From a virus, in IMG/VR virus record IMGVR_UViG_3300027969_002350, positions 1-64,000 of that record: DNA of 64,000 bases; one strand, given 5' to 3'. Below are positions 26,920-35,403 of the stretch, piece after piece; position 1 is the stretch's first letter; each line of letters begins with the position of its first letter. Under the pieces are notes generated by a model. The model did not search any database. It saw only the letters and a program-made list of their open reading frames with translations, and was not told the DNA's origin. Position numbers and translations under genes: made by a program.

Positions 26920-27596
26920 ACACAATCAAAGAACAAGGTTATTGCATTGTTCAAAACGCCATTAATGTTGAGGACATAGACGGTCTTAATTATTTACAAA
27001 GATATTTAGAACCACAACGAGGTCACGATTATACTGCAAAATATTTTCCAAGAAAAACTTTACACGAAGCCGGTAAACTTGCTATATGGTGGAGTCAACA
27101 AGTTGTCGGTTGGGAATGTGTTAAATCTATTAATCAGAGTTTATTAGGAATTACCAAAGGCTGGTTTGATAATAACATTATCTATGTTAGTGATGTTATT
27201 ACTAATGAGCCTGGTAATCAATTTGTAAAACCACACATTGATAGTCCATACCGTTTTGATCAATGGCATGAAACTTTTGAATTACTAGGCGTTCAATGTA
27301 TCGTGCCATTATGCAATTTTAACAAGGAAAATGGCGGTACTGGAATATATCCTGGCAGCCATTTAAAAAATTGGATTGTCAAGGACTGCTATCGAGGAGT
27401 TTATACTGAAGAATTTTTAAAACATGTTGTCCAACCAGAAATGAATCCAGGAGATGTGTTGATTTACAATCCAAGAGTGCTACATAGTACCATGCCAAAT
27501 AACACAAATATAACACGAAGAGCTTTGCTAACTCACATAACTACCAAAGAATTAGCAGAAGAAATGAAATTGGTTGACAATTTGTATTTAGAATGA
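26901..27596 (+). CDS. Phytanoyl-CoA dioxygenase (PhyH)-family 2OG-Fe(II) oxygenase
   Basis: PHID (HxD), ENGGT..PGSH, PGDVLIYNPRVLHS...N....RR. Confidence 0.85.
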   Translation: MVQQILNTIKEQGYCIVQNAINVEDIDGLNYLQRYLEPQRGHDYTAKYFPRKTLHEAGKLAIWWSQQVVGWECVKSINQSLLGITKGWFDNNIIYVSDVITNEPGNQFVKPHIDSPYRFDQWHETFELLGVQCIVPLCNFNKENGGTGIYPGSHLKNWIVKDCYRGVYTEEFLKHVVQPEMNPGDVLIYNPRVLHSTMPNNTNITRRALLTHITTKELAEEMKLVDNLYLE

Positions 27597-27597
27597 T

Positions 27598-28104
27598 TTA
27601 ATCTTTAAAGAAACGTAGACTACAAAAATAAGCAAATTCATCGGACTCATTAGATACTTGATGCCATTGTAAAATTTGTACCTGAATTGGTTGCGTATAA
27701 TATGCAGAATCTATTAATTCTACTTGATTAATATTAAGAGTAGGTGCAGGAGGCTCGACATTATAATTCATAGTAATTTGATCAACAATCGATTTATACC
27801 AACTCATCTTAACATTATTACAATTGACTAATGGTAAATTTGTTGCTATTGGGTTCCAAGGAACAGTTGTAGTTGGTGCATCCAAATGTATTGCACTTTT
27901 ATCATTAGGAGGCATTATAAAAAAAACTACACTCTGTAAGTTTTTAATGCCTAACAATGTTGCTATTTCTTTTATTTGTATTTCGGACGCTCGAAATACT
28001 CTAGTTTTTTTATCCAAAAGATCTTTATCTTTATATAAAATATCAAATAAAGCAGTAGGATTATATTCAAATTCTGTTAATTTATAATTTGGTAAAGTGT
28101 TCAT
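27598..28104 (-). CDS. Cupin/2OG-Fe(II) oxygenase-like protein
   Basis: IHLD...NLP...WHQVSN...SLR pattern; ATG 28104 is 5 nt from a minus-strand TAAATA. Confidence 0.55.
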   Translation of the reverse strand: MNTLPNYKLTEFEYNPTALFDILYKDKDLLDKKTRVFRASEIQIKEIATLLGIKNLQSVVFFIMPPNDKSAIHLDAPTTTVPWNPIATNLPLVNCNNVKMSWYKSIVDQITMNYNVEPPAPTLNINQVELIDSAYYTQPIQVQILQWHQVSNESDEFAYFCSLRFFKD

Positions 28105-28207
28105 ACAAATATTTAGTTCTTGTGTCAACGAAATACTGAGCTGCCGCGTTATATATATGTAGGGACAAAAATGTCACTACAGTTCATTAACCAAAAGGAA
28201 ACGTAAA

Positions 28208-28504
28208 ATGAAAAATCTTATCGCCACACTAATCGTTGCAGTTGCCGCAACATCCGCTCTTGCCGCTGAACCAGCTAAGGTTGAAGCAGTTAAGAAACCA
28301 GAAGCTACTGCCACCGCAGTTCCTGCTACACCAAAGGAAATGCCTAAGGTTGAAAAGCCAAAGACAAAAGCTGAAAAAGATGCCGCTAAAAAGGATGCTA
28401 AACCAGCAGACACTAAAAGTGCCGCTCCAGCCGCAACTCCAGCACCTGCTGCCAAAGCAGACGAAAAGGCTGTTGCTAAGCCTGCCACAGCACCAACTAA
28501 GTAA
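28208..28504 (+). CDS. Small secreted Ala/Lys/Pro-rich protein
   Basis: AAGGA RBS; Sec signal peptide MKNLIATLIVAVAATSALA; low-complexity mature part. Confidence 0.8.
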   Translation: MKNLIATLIVAVAATSALAAEPAKVEAVKKPEATATAVPATPKEMPKVEKPKTKAEKDAAKKDAKPADTKSAAPAATPAPAAKADEKAVAKPATAPTK

Positions 28505-28672
28505 TTTAGAATTAAACGATGAAGACTATGATGGTGGTTCAGACGACATAGATCTTCATCGTGGCTACAATAGACCTAAACTTATTACTGTTGACTTAGA
28601 CAATGATGATATTAGTGACTATGTAGCACTTAGATTACAACTAGCTAGAGCAAAGGCCTTAGAGGCTTATCG

Positions 28673-28701
28673 AGAAAAATGGGCATAATGCCCATTTTTC
28701 T
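28673..28701. terminator. Bidirectional intrinsic terminator
   Basis: Inverted repeat AGAAAAATGGGCAT-A-ATGCCCATTTTTCT between convergent genes. Confidence 0.75.
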
Positions 28702-30018
28702 TTATGTCCTAACAGGTAATATTTCATGTACCTTTGGGGGTGGTAATAGTTTTTCAGTGTCTGGCGGTAGGGCATCTATTATTTCAACTAACCAAGGAAA
28801 TGTTACTTTCCAGTCAGTGCCTCGTTTTTTATCAAGTCTGCCTAAAAATAATGACAAATCTAATATGTGCCCGGGTTGCGTCGTAGATCCTTCTATTTCA
28901 TTAAAAATGGCGGCAACATATTCTTTATAATTGGAACCTTTAGTAAAAATTTTCTCGTTTAATTCTAATAGTTCTTTAAAGTATTTTGTATAAGTACCTT
29001 TAGGCATAATATGCGGATCAAACATTATAGGGTTTATGCATTTATTATAGTTAACTTCAATGTGTTTTATTTTTTGCCATTCTACAACTTTTCTAATTAG
29101 TTTTGCAGTATACGGAATACTCAATGTACTCACTGTTAAATTAAATTGCATTTTAATGTTATCTTCTTGGCACTCGTTTAGTATGTATAATAAATTTTCT
29201 TCAAATGTTTCCATGTCATGGCCAAAGCGAATATATTCGCTTTCAGATCCCCAACAATCAATACTAGCAGTTATTTCTACACAACGAACTGTTTTAGAAA
29301 GATCTTTAATTTTTCTAATGCCACGTTTAAATAGTTCTGGTTTGATTTGTAAGTTACTATAAATCTCAGCGTCTACTTCTAAATTAGGATGTGCAATCAT
29401 CCAATCAATACAATCATATGTCTCTTGCTGGATAAAAGGTTCGCCGCCAAGAATGTCAAATGCTCGTAGACTAGAATAATTTTCTTCCATCCAAGTATAA
29501 AATTTTGCAAGACGTACTTTATAATTTGCATCTAGATCCCACGGATCCATGCCATTTACTCTGCCTTCGCCTATTGATTGTTTTTCTAATAACCATGCAC
29601 TACTTTGATTTGGTCCGCAGTAAACACATTTCATATTGCATTTATTATTAAAATGCACAGATAGCATTGTCGGTTTAACTCTTACTGCTGATGGATTAGT
29701 TAATAACTCCGATGGTACATATCTAGCATTTTCATCATTTTTTAAAAATTGTATTCGATCACTTAAACCACTGTGAAGTTCTTGATCTCTACAATGTTCA
29801 CAACCGCGGCCGTCGCTGGGCCATTCACCGCGTAACATTTTTTCTCTGTGTTCAACTACTGGTCCAGAATTATGAAAATCATAATCATCTGCTATAAATG
29901 AATTTTTGTTCCTGTGACAGCCACTGCTCATGTTTTCCCATAGGTACAAACTAACTTGACTCCATTTTAATAGACAGGCTTTGTCGCTGGGAGGCGGAAA
30001 CCATTTTGCTAATGACAT
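28702..30018 (-). CDS. Radical SAM protein with N-terminal Cys-rich auxiliary region
   Basis: CNMKCVYC, LGGEP; N-terminal CLLKW...GCH...GCEHC. Confidence 0.88.
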   Translation of the reverse strand: MSLAKWFPPPSDKACLLKWSQVSLYLWENMSSGCHRNKNSFIADDYDFHNSGPVVEHREKMLRGEWPSDGRGCEHCRDQELHSGLSDRIQFLKNDENARYVPSELLTNPSAVRVKPTMLSVHFNNKCNMKCVYCGPNQSSAWLLEKQSIGEGRVNGMDPWDLDANYKVRLAKFYTWMEENYSSLRAFDILGGEPFIQQETYDCIDWMIAHPNLEVDAEIYSNLQIKPELFKRGIRKIKDLSKTVRCVEITASIDCWGSESEYIRFGHDMETFEENLLYILNECQEDNIKMQFNLTVSTLSIPYTAKLIRKVVEWQKIKHIEVNYNKCINPIMFDPHIMPKGTYTKYFKELLELNEKIFTKGSNYKEYVAAIFNEIEGSTTQPGHILDLSLFLGRLDKKRGTDWKVTFPWLVEIIDALPPDTEKLLPPPKVHEILPVRT

Positions 30019-30030
30019 ATTTTATCCTTT

Positions 30031-31371
30031 TTAACTACTCGTATTTATTACATTCATTTTAGCCCACCACTCTTGTAAAAATGGATAGTCTTTTATAACA
30101 TCTGTTATGTATGATTTTCTTATGGTATCTGTTTTGTTTGCCCATGTAACGCCTCGGCAAAGTCTTTCTAATTGGTGAGTATTAAGTTTATCTAAATTTA
30201 CATTTGTTCTATGTTCTATAATATTTGCTATTGATTCTAACTGTTGATAAGAATAAGGAAGCAATGTATCTTTATAATCTTTTATTATTGTTCTAAATTC
30301 TTCCAACCAAGGTTTTTTGTATTCACCCAAAAACTCAAATCCTAAATGCCAATTATTTTGATTAGGCTTAATCAAAGTAGCACTGGCAATATCTGCTTGT
30401 TCTTCTACTAAAAATTCAATAAACTCTCGCAGGCCAGATAGACTCAAATTTGTTAATGTGATGCCTGCTCGTATAGTATGCTCATAGTCTTCTCTTGTTT
30501 CTTTATATCTAAAACTGTTATGAATTATTCTAAAATTTGTTTTCCATTTTTCCCAGTTTAATCCAGTTCTGATATATTCAGCGGCTTTCCCGCCACTCTC
30601 TATACTTGCATGAACATACACCATGTTAAACTTGTTAATCATTTCTACAAAGTCATAACCTTTAAATTTTAATATACTAAGATTTGTTATGTAAGACATG
30701 TAAATATCTTCGTAGTCACAGTTCTGTATTAAATGATTCATAAAGTCCCAATGAACTTCGTGAAACAGCGGTTCTCCGCCCACCCATTGAATATAGTCGA
30801 GAACTCCGGCATCGGCTGCCGCTTGCATTTCTTTTAATAAATGTTCTTGTCTTAAATCTTTATCAAAGTTAGTTATATTAGGACGAGTATCAGAATCTTC
30901 GTATCCTACATGCTCGATTCCATGTGCATCTTCCTCATGTTCAATTGCTGAGCTAGCAAACCAATCACAATGTCTACATTTATAATTGCAGATATTATTA
31001 AATCTATAATCAAAACTTCGCATTGGCATTGTTGTAGTACCATCTGGTGCTGTTTTTTCTAATGATTCTAGGTAAAACTTTTTATATCTTTTATTAAAAC
31101 TATCTTTATAAGAATTAACCCTAGTAACCTTGTTACCCTGTACATTGCAGTTATAACAATCTTTTGGCAATATTCCATTCATCATTTGATGTCTAATAGA
31201 TTTAAGATGCGGGGAATTTTGATAATCGTCTAAACTATGAGGATTTAATAGCTCGCCCTTTTCATCAAATGCGCTAGGAGACATACTACAGACTTTTCTA
31301 AGATAATCCGAATTGTGATGTGCATGAAGCCATGGTGCCAGACAAAAATTCTCAGGTATTACAATATTCAT
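30031..31371 (-). CDS. Radical SAM protein with N-terminal twitch/SPASM-like region
   Basis: FCLAPW, CYNC, CNYKCRHC, VGGEP; ATG 31371 is 5 nt from minus-strand TATAAATA (31377-31384). Confidence 0.88.
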   Translation of the reverse strand: MNIVIPENFCLAPWLHAHHNSDYLRKVCSMSPSAFDEKGELLNPHSLDDYQNSPHLKSIRHQMMNGILPKDCYNCNVQGNKVTRVNSYKDSFNKRYKKFYLESLEKTAPDGTTTMPMRSFDYRFNNICNYKCRHCDWFASSAIEHEEDAHGIEHVGYEDSDTRPNITNFDKDLRQEHLLKEMQAAADAGVLDYIQWVGGEPLFHEVHWDFMNHLIQNCDYEDIYMSYITNLSILKFKGYDFVEMINKFNMVYVHASIESGGKAAEYIRTGLNWEKWKTNFRIIHNSFRYKETREDYEHTIRAGITLTNLSLSGLREFIEFLVEEQADIASATLIKPNQNNWHLGFEFLGEYKKPWLEEFRTIIKDYKDTLLPYSYQQLESIANIIEHRTNVNLDKLNTHQLERLCRGVTWANKTDTIRKSYITDVIKDYPFLQEWWAKMNVINTSS

Positions 31372-31437
31372 GCTGTTATTTATAGAACTGATTCTTGACA
31401 AATTGACACAAATTGATTCCGAGTGTATAATTACGTT

Positions 31438-31680
31438 ATGAACAAAGAAAAAGTAAACGAAATTGTACAGTGGACTGGTGCGTTTTTTATTACAGCCGGC
31501 CACGTCCTAAATACACTTGGTAGCGCATACCACCAAGATTTTTGGAATATTGCGGCATTTGCAGTTGGAACAACCCTGTTTTTAACATGGACAATCCGTG
31601 TTGCAAATAAGCCACAGATGGCTGTTAACATAGCCGCATTGGCTACAATGGCAGTCGGACTATACAAAGCCTTTAATTGA
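31438..31680 (+). CDS. Small membrane protein
   Basis: Three hydrophobic segments; directly follows a promoter. Confidence 0.65.
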   Translation: MNKEKVNEIVQWTGAFFITAGHVLNTLGSAYHQDFWNIAAFAVGTTLFLTWTIRVANKPQMAVNIAALATMAVGLYKAFN

Positions 31681-31711
31681 CACAAATTGGTTTTGGCTAT
31701 ATAATACTTGT

Positions 31712-31894
31712 ATGACACTAGCAAACGAACTTCCAAAAGGTCTTCAAACTGAAGACGAAATTTTAGCCGCAGGCTTTGCATTAATGAAGGAACAACTGGG
31801 CTTAAAATCAGCCCGTTATTACTTCTATTACAATGAAGACTATCCTAGTGACTTAGTTAACGAGTATCTTTGGTTACAAGAACCCGTTAATTGA
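31712..31894 (+). CDS. Hypothetical early protein
   Basis: ATG 6 nt after TATAAT. Confidence 0.65.
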   Translation: MTLANELPKGLQTEDEILAAGFALMKEQLGLKSARYYFYYNEDYPSDLVNEYLWLQEPVN

Positions 31895-31949
31895 CACAAA
31901 TTGGTTTTGGTAGTATAATATACACATAGACAGCAAAAAAGGAACTTAT

Positions 31950-32231
31950 ATGTCATACGTAATTGTCGCAAAAGGTACAGGACTTATCGTAACAGATGGC
32001 CCTAATCACAGTAAAGCCTACAAGACTTATGCCGCCGCTCGTGCTACTCGCACTCGTCTTTGCAATAAAGCAGGTTGGAATGCTGGTGATTTGAGCATTG
32101 TTGCTCGCGAAACTTATCGTGCGCCAGGTAGGATCACTGTTAAGAACTTGATGACTGGCAAAGATGTAGAAATCGATGCTGATACACCTTGGGCTTGTCG
32201 TGTAGACAGCGAAGCGTTTTGGTGTAATTAA
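31950..32231 (+). CDS. Hypothetical early protein
   Basis: AAGGA RBS after a promoter. Confidence 0.7.
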   Translation: MSYVIVAKGTGLIVTDGPNHSKAYKTYAAARATRTRLCNKAGWNAGDLSIVARETYRAPGRITVKNLMTGKDVEIDADTPWACRVDSEAFWCN

Positions 32232-32284
32232 TTGACACAAATTAGGTTTTATTGTATAATACATTATCGCAACAAGGAGTTAAC

Positions 32285-32545
32285 ATGAAAGCACTTCAAA
32301 CATTTATAGACCAGAAGAACCGTTGGAACGCTATCTTCAATGGCGAACAATACGAGATCAAAACTGCCGCAGGCCGCCAAAAGGTAGCAGATATGATTGA
32401 CTCTGCATTGAGTCCTGAGAACTTGACCTGCGATGGGGAATTGCCCAGAGCAGAGGTCAATCGGAGATTCAAAGAGTTGAACTCTGCCGCTAAACAACTT
32501 CGTCAGTTGGATCCCGGTGTTAAGTTTTACGAATACGATTATTAA
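32285..32545 (+). CDS. Hypothetical early protein
   Basis: AAGGAG RBS; LSPENLTCDGE motif. Confidence 0.7.
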   Translation: MKALQTFIDQKNRWNAIFNGEQYEIKTAAGRQKVADMIDSALSPENLTCDGELPRAEVNRRFKELNSAAKQLRQLDPGVKFYEYDY

Positions 32546-32553
32546 GGAAAAAT

Positions 32554-32712
32554 ATGAGTGCAATGTCAGATATGTCAATTGAAATTCAAGGTATGCTTGA
32601 AGATGGTTACTTGCCAGTAACTATTGCTCGTCAACTTGAAATTCCCATCACTTGGATCTTCGAGGAAATCGAACAAGAAGAACTAAGCCCGTTTGAAACA
32701 ATCAATTCTTAA
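32554..32712 (+). CDS. Small acidic protein, possible HTH (52 aa, not in the ORF track)
   Basis: AAGGA RBS; MSAMSDMSIEIQGMLEDGYLPVTIARQLEIPITWI... Confidence 0.6.
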   Translation: MSAMSDMSIEIQGMLEDGYLPVTIARQLEIPITWIFEEIEQEELSPFETINS

Positions 32713-32716
32713 AATC

Positions 32717-32950
32717 ATGAACGCATTTGACCGAGAAAACCTAGACTTCATCATGACTGCCAGTCCTGATGTTCTTAAAGAATTTTACAGCGACATTGAC
32801 ACAGAAAATCTATTGTATCTTTTAAAATTGGTACAAGGTGAAATGAGTCGTTTGCGTTTGGAAGAAGTTGAGTTGCTTGACTTGGTCGAGCACACAGATG
32901 ACGCAGACCGTGCCATCCTAGAGATGCTAGAGAAATTTGACACAAAATAA
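32717..32950 (+). CDS. Hypothetical acidic protein
   Basis: ATG 32717 directly after the previous stop. Confidence 0.55.
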   Translation: MNAFDRENLDFIMTASPDVLKEFYSDIDTENLLYLLKLVQGEMSRLRLEEVELLDLVEHTDDADRAILEMLEKFDTK

Positions 32951-32986
32951 TTTTGGTGTTATAATAACACTTTAATGGAGAGAATT

Positions 32987-33145
32987 ATGAAGCGAGAAAT
33001 CATTACTGCTAAAGTTCCTAAACAGAAACGCCGTGCTGAGTTCTTGTTTCATAACGGTGCTTATCGCCCGCAGGTCGTTGCTAGCCAAAAAGTTTACAAT
33101 CGTAAAAAATTGGTAAAAGTAGTAATTGACACAAAAGGTGATTGA
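32987..33145 (+). CDS. Small basic protein (52 aa, not in the ORF track)
   Basis: GGAG RBS after a promoter; MKREIITAKVPKQKRR...YRPQVVASQKVYNRKK. Confidence 0.6.
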   Translation: MKREIITAKVPKQKRRAEFLFHNGAYRPQVVASQKVYNRKKLVKVVIDTKGD

Positions 33146-33215
33146 GCATACAATAGTGATACGGTGAATGGTTCATCGTACACATTTTTTACACACAGAG
33201 AAAGAAAAATCTAAA

Positions 33216-33470
33216 ATGGCTACATCTAAACTTTTCAAAGTAGTTGGCGTTTCAACCCTTAATGGCAAAACTAAAGTTCGTTTTGCCAATGACACCGCCC
33301 GTGTCAAAATCCTTGTCAAGAACGGTCATACCGCAATTGACTTGCACGAGTTGCCTGAGGCAATGACAAAAGAAGCCGCACTGGCTCACGTTAAGGCTAA
33401 TAACCTTTTTGCTATCCCTGCAGACACAGATATTTCTGCAGAAGACTTAGTAGCAGTAGCAGGCAAGTAA
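33216..33470 (+). CDS. Hypothetical early protein
   Basis: MATSKLFKVVGVS start; followed by a terminator. Confidence 0.7.
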   Translation: MATSKLFKVVGVSTLNGKTKVRFANDTARVKILVKNGHTAIDLHELPEAMTKEAALAHVKANNLFAIPADTDISAEDLVAVAGK

Positions 33471-33473
33471 TTA

Positions 33474-33509
33474 GGATGGGCACAGAAGTGTGCCCAATCC
33501 TTTCTTTTT
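33474..33509 (+). terminator. Intrinsic terminator
   Basis: GGATGGGCACA-GAAG-TGTGCCCAATCC stem followed by TTTCTTTTT. Confidence 0.75.
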
Positions 33510-33520
33510 AGGAAATCATA

Positions 33521-33742
33521 ATGAGCAGATTACAGTTGCACGGACGCCAGTTCATGGTGTTTGATGCTAACAATAAAGATCATCGCAAGTGGTTTGCTGA
33601 CTTTAATGCAACAAGACGTTGGGGTAAATGCCCTGTGCGTTTTGTAGTTAATGATGATCATGGCGACCTGATCACTCAAATCCAACGAGAACTAATCCAG
33701 TTCTATGTTGACAAAGAATTTAAAACCGTAGTAAAGAAATAA
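33521..33742 (+). CDS. Hypothetical protein
   Basis: AGGA RBS; 73 aa. Confidence 0.7.
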   Translation: MSRLQLHGRQFMVFDANNKDHRKWFADFNATRRWGKCPVRFVVNDDHGDLITQIQRELIQFYVDKEFKTVVKK

Positions 33743-33743
33743 A

Positions 33744-33857
33744 ATGACACAACCTGTAACAACACCTAAAGTCGGTGACAAAGTCCGTAGCTCAACTGGC
33801 GGAGTTATCACATACACTAAGACAGGTCTAATCCACACTATGTCAAAGAATCGTTAA
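33744..33857 (+). CDS. Small hypothetical protein (37 aa, not in the ORF track)
   Basis: MTQPVTTPKVGDKVRSSTGGVITYTKTGLIHTMSKNR fills the gap. Confidence 0.45.
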   Translation: MTQPVTTPKVGDKVRSSTGGVITYTKTGLIHTMSKNR

Positions 33858-33921
33858 TTGACATTAAATAGTTTTGACGTTACAATAGACACATAGCAAA
33901 ACATTTATAGGAGTATGCTAA

Positions 33922-35037
33922 ATGGCAAAAGTAAATAAAGGCGGAGTCGGCGAACCCCGTACAGTAAAGATAACAGAAGCAAAGCGTCTCGTTCGCCATG
34001 CTATGAAGAAAAAACGTCCAGTGTTCCTTTGGGGTCCTCCAGGCGTGGGTAAATCCGACCTTGCCGCTCAGTTGGCAGATGAAATGGGCGGAGCACTAAT
34101 TGACGTTCGTTTGAACTTGTGGGAACCTACAGACATTAAAGGTATCCCTTACTATAACGCAAAAGAAAATGTAATGAGCTGGGCTCCTCCAGCAGAACTG
34201 CCCACTAAAGAGTTTGCCGCAAAGCATCCTGTGGTAGTGCTATTCCTAGACGAGCTTGCAGGTGCGGCTCCTGCTGTACAGGCCGCGGCTTACCAACTTA
34301 TCCTTAACCGCAAGGTAGGTACATACGAACTGCCAGACAATGTTGTTATTATGGCGGCAGGTAACCGTATGACAGACAAGGGTGTAACTTATCGTATGCC
34401 TACTCCGCTAGCTAACCGCTTTGTTCACTTTGAACTTCGTGTAGACTTTGCAGACTGGAATGTTTGGGCATTACAAAACCGTATCCACCCGGACGTGGTA
34501 GGTTACCTTAACTACCAAAAAGCAGACCTGTACAACTTTGATCCTACAGTACACGACCGCAGTTTTGCCACTCCACGTAGTTGGATGTTCGTCAGCGACT
34601 TGCTTGATGACGACATGACAGACAACGAGCAGACAGATACTGTAGCAGGTTGTGTTGGTGAAGGTCTTGCTATTAAGTTTATGGCACACCGTAAGATTGC
34701 CGCAGACTTGCCTACTCCTACAGACGTGCTGTCTGGTAAAGTTAAAGAACTAAAGACTAAAGAAATTAGTGCTATGTATTCTTTGACAACTGGTATGTGC
34801 TACGAGCTCAAAGACAACTACGAGACTGCTAAAAAGGCAGGTAAGCTAGACACATGGCATACTAACTGTGAAAACTTTATCCAGTTTATGATGGATAATT
34901 TTGAGGCAGAGATGGTTATTATGGGTGCCCATACAGCACTTAAGAATTACAACTTGCCCTTTGACCACAAGAAGCTTAAGAACTTTCCAGACTTCTTTAA
35001 ACGCTACGCTCACTTGGTAGTGGATGTCAGTAACTAA
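33922..35037 (+). CDS. MoxR-like AAA+ ATPase
   Basis: Walker A GPPGVGKS, Walker B LFLDE, AAGN, LANRF, TPRSW. Confidence 0.92.
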   Translation: MAKVNKGGVGEPRTVKITEAKRLVRHAMKKKRPVFLWGPPGVGKSDLAAQLADEMGGALIDVRLNLWEPTDIKGIPYYNAKENVMSWAPPAELPTKEFAAKHPVVVLFLDELAGAAPAVQAAAYQLILNRKVGTYELPDNVVIMAAGNRMTDKGVTYRMPTPLANRFVHFELRVDFADWNVWALQNRIHPDVVGYLNYQKADLYNFDPTVHDRSFATPRSWMFVSDLLDDDMTDNEQTDTVAGCVGEGLAIKFMAHRKIAADLPTPTDVLSGKVKELKTKEISAMYSLTTGMCYELKDNYETAKKAGKLDTWHTNCENFIQFMMDNFEAEMVIMGAHTALKNYNLPFDHKKLKNFPDFFKRYAHLVVDVSN

Positions 35038-35353
35038 GACAAACAAAGAAGGGGACTTGATCCCTTTCTTGCCTAATACAGTTGACTTGGTATATGGTGG
35101 CATGGACTATGCTAGAAGTGTGTTTGGTACAGCAAAAATCTCCAGAACACTGATAGTAAACTATTTTGACAATGCCAGACGTACATGGCCCAATGCAGAT
35201 ATACCTCATGGCTTCAGTAGGTATTCTGTGACAAGTTGGTGTAAGGAACGTGGCATCAAACCTTTGCACTACTATACACCAATGTCAGAGAGAACAGTTT
35301 GGTTTAGGGAAGAGTCAGACTTATTTGCATTTAAACTAAGGTTTGGAATCTAA
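35024..35353 (+). CDS. Hypothetical protein
   Basis: ORF between the ATPase and VWA genes; start uncertain; hairpin at 35046-35070. Confidence 0.5.
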   Translation: MSVTKTNKEGDLIPFLPNTVDLVYGGMDYARSVFGTAKISRTLIVNYFDNARRTWPNADIPHGFSRYSVTSWCKERGIKPLHYYTPMSERTVWFREESDLFAFKLRFGI

Positions 35354-35403
35354 TTGACATTAAATAAGTTTATGTGTATAATAGATACATACAGGAGCAC
35401 AAT

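Larger units (their letters stand above)
31403..35382 (+). promoter_or_regulatory. Array of eight related sigma70-consensus early promoters
   Basis: TTGACA-N17-TA(T/C)AAT with -35 at 31403, 31677, 31891, 32232, 32937, 33126, 33858 and 35354; shared AATTGACACAAA or AATTGACATTAAATA context. Confidence 0.85.

Noticed and set aside
28177-28488. Minus-strand Ala/Gly-rich ORF and the many other short antisense or alternate-frame ORFs in the track
   Set aside because: They shadow well-supported genes and have no RBS, promoter or motif support
33744-33857. Similarity of TKTGLIH to TSTGLKH in the 4006-5253 protein
   Set aside because: Too short to distinguish from chance without a profile search
31400-35382. 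Recurring AATTGACACAAA repeats as a CRISPR array
   Set aside because: Spacing is irregular (about 200-1500 bp), repeats are degenerate, and they coincide with -35/-10 promoter elements between ORFs
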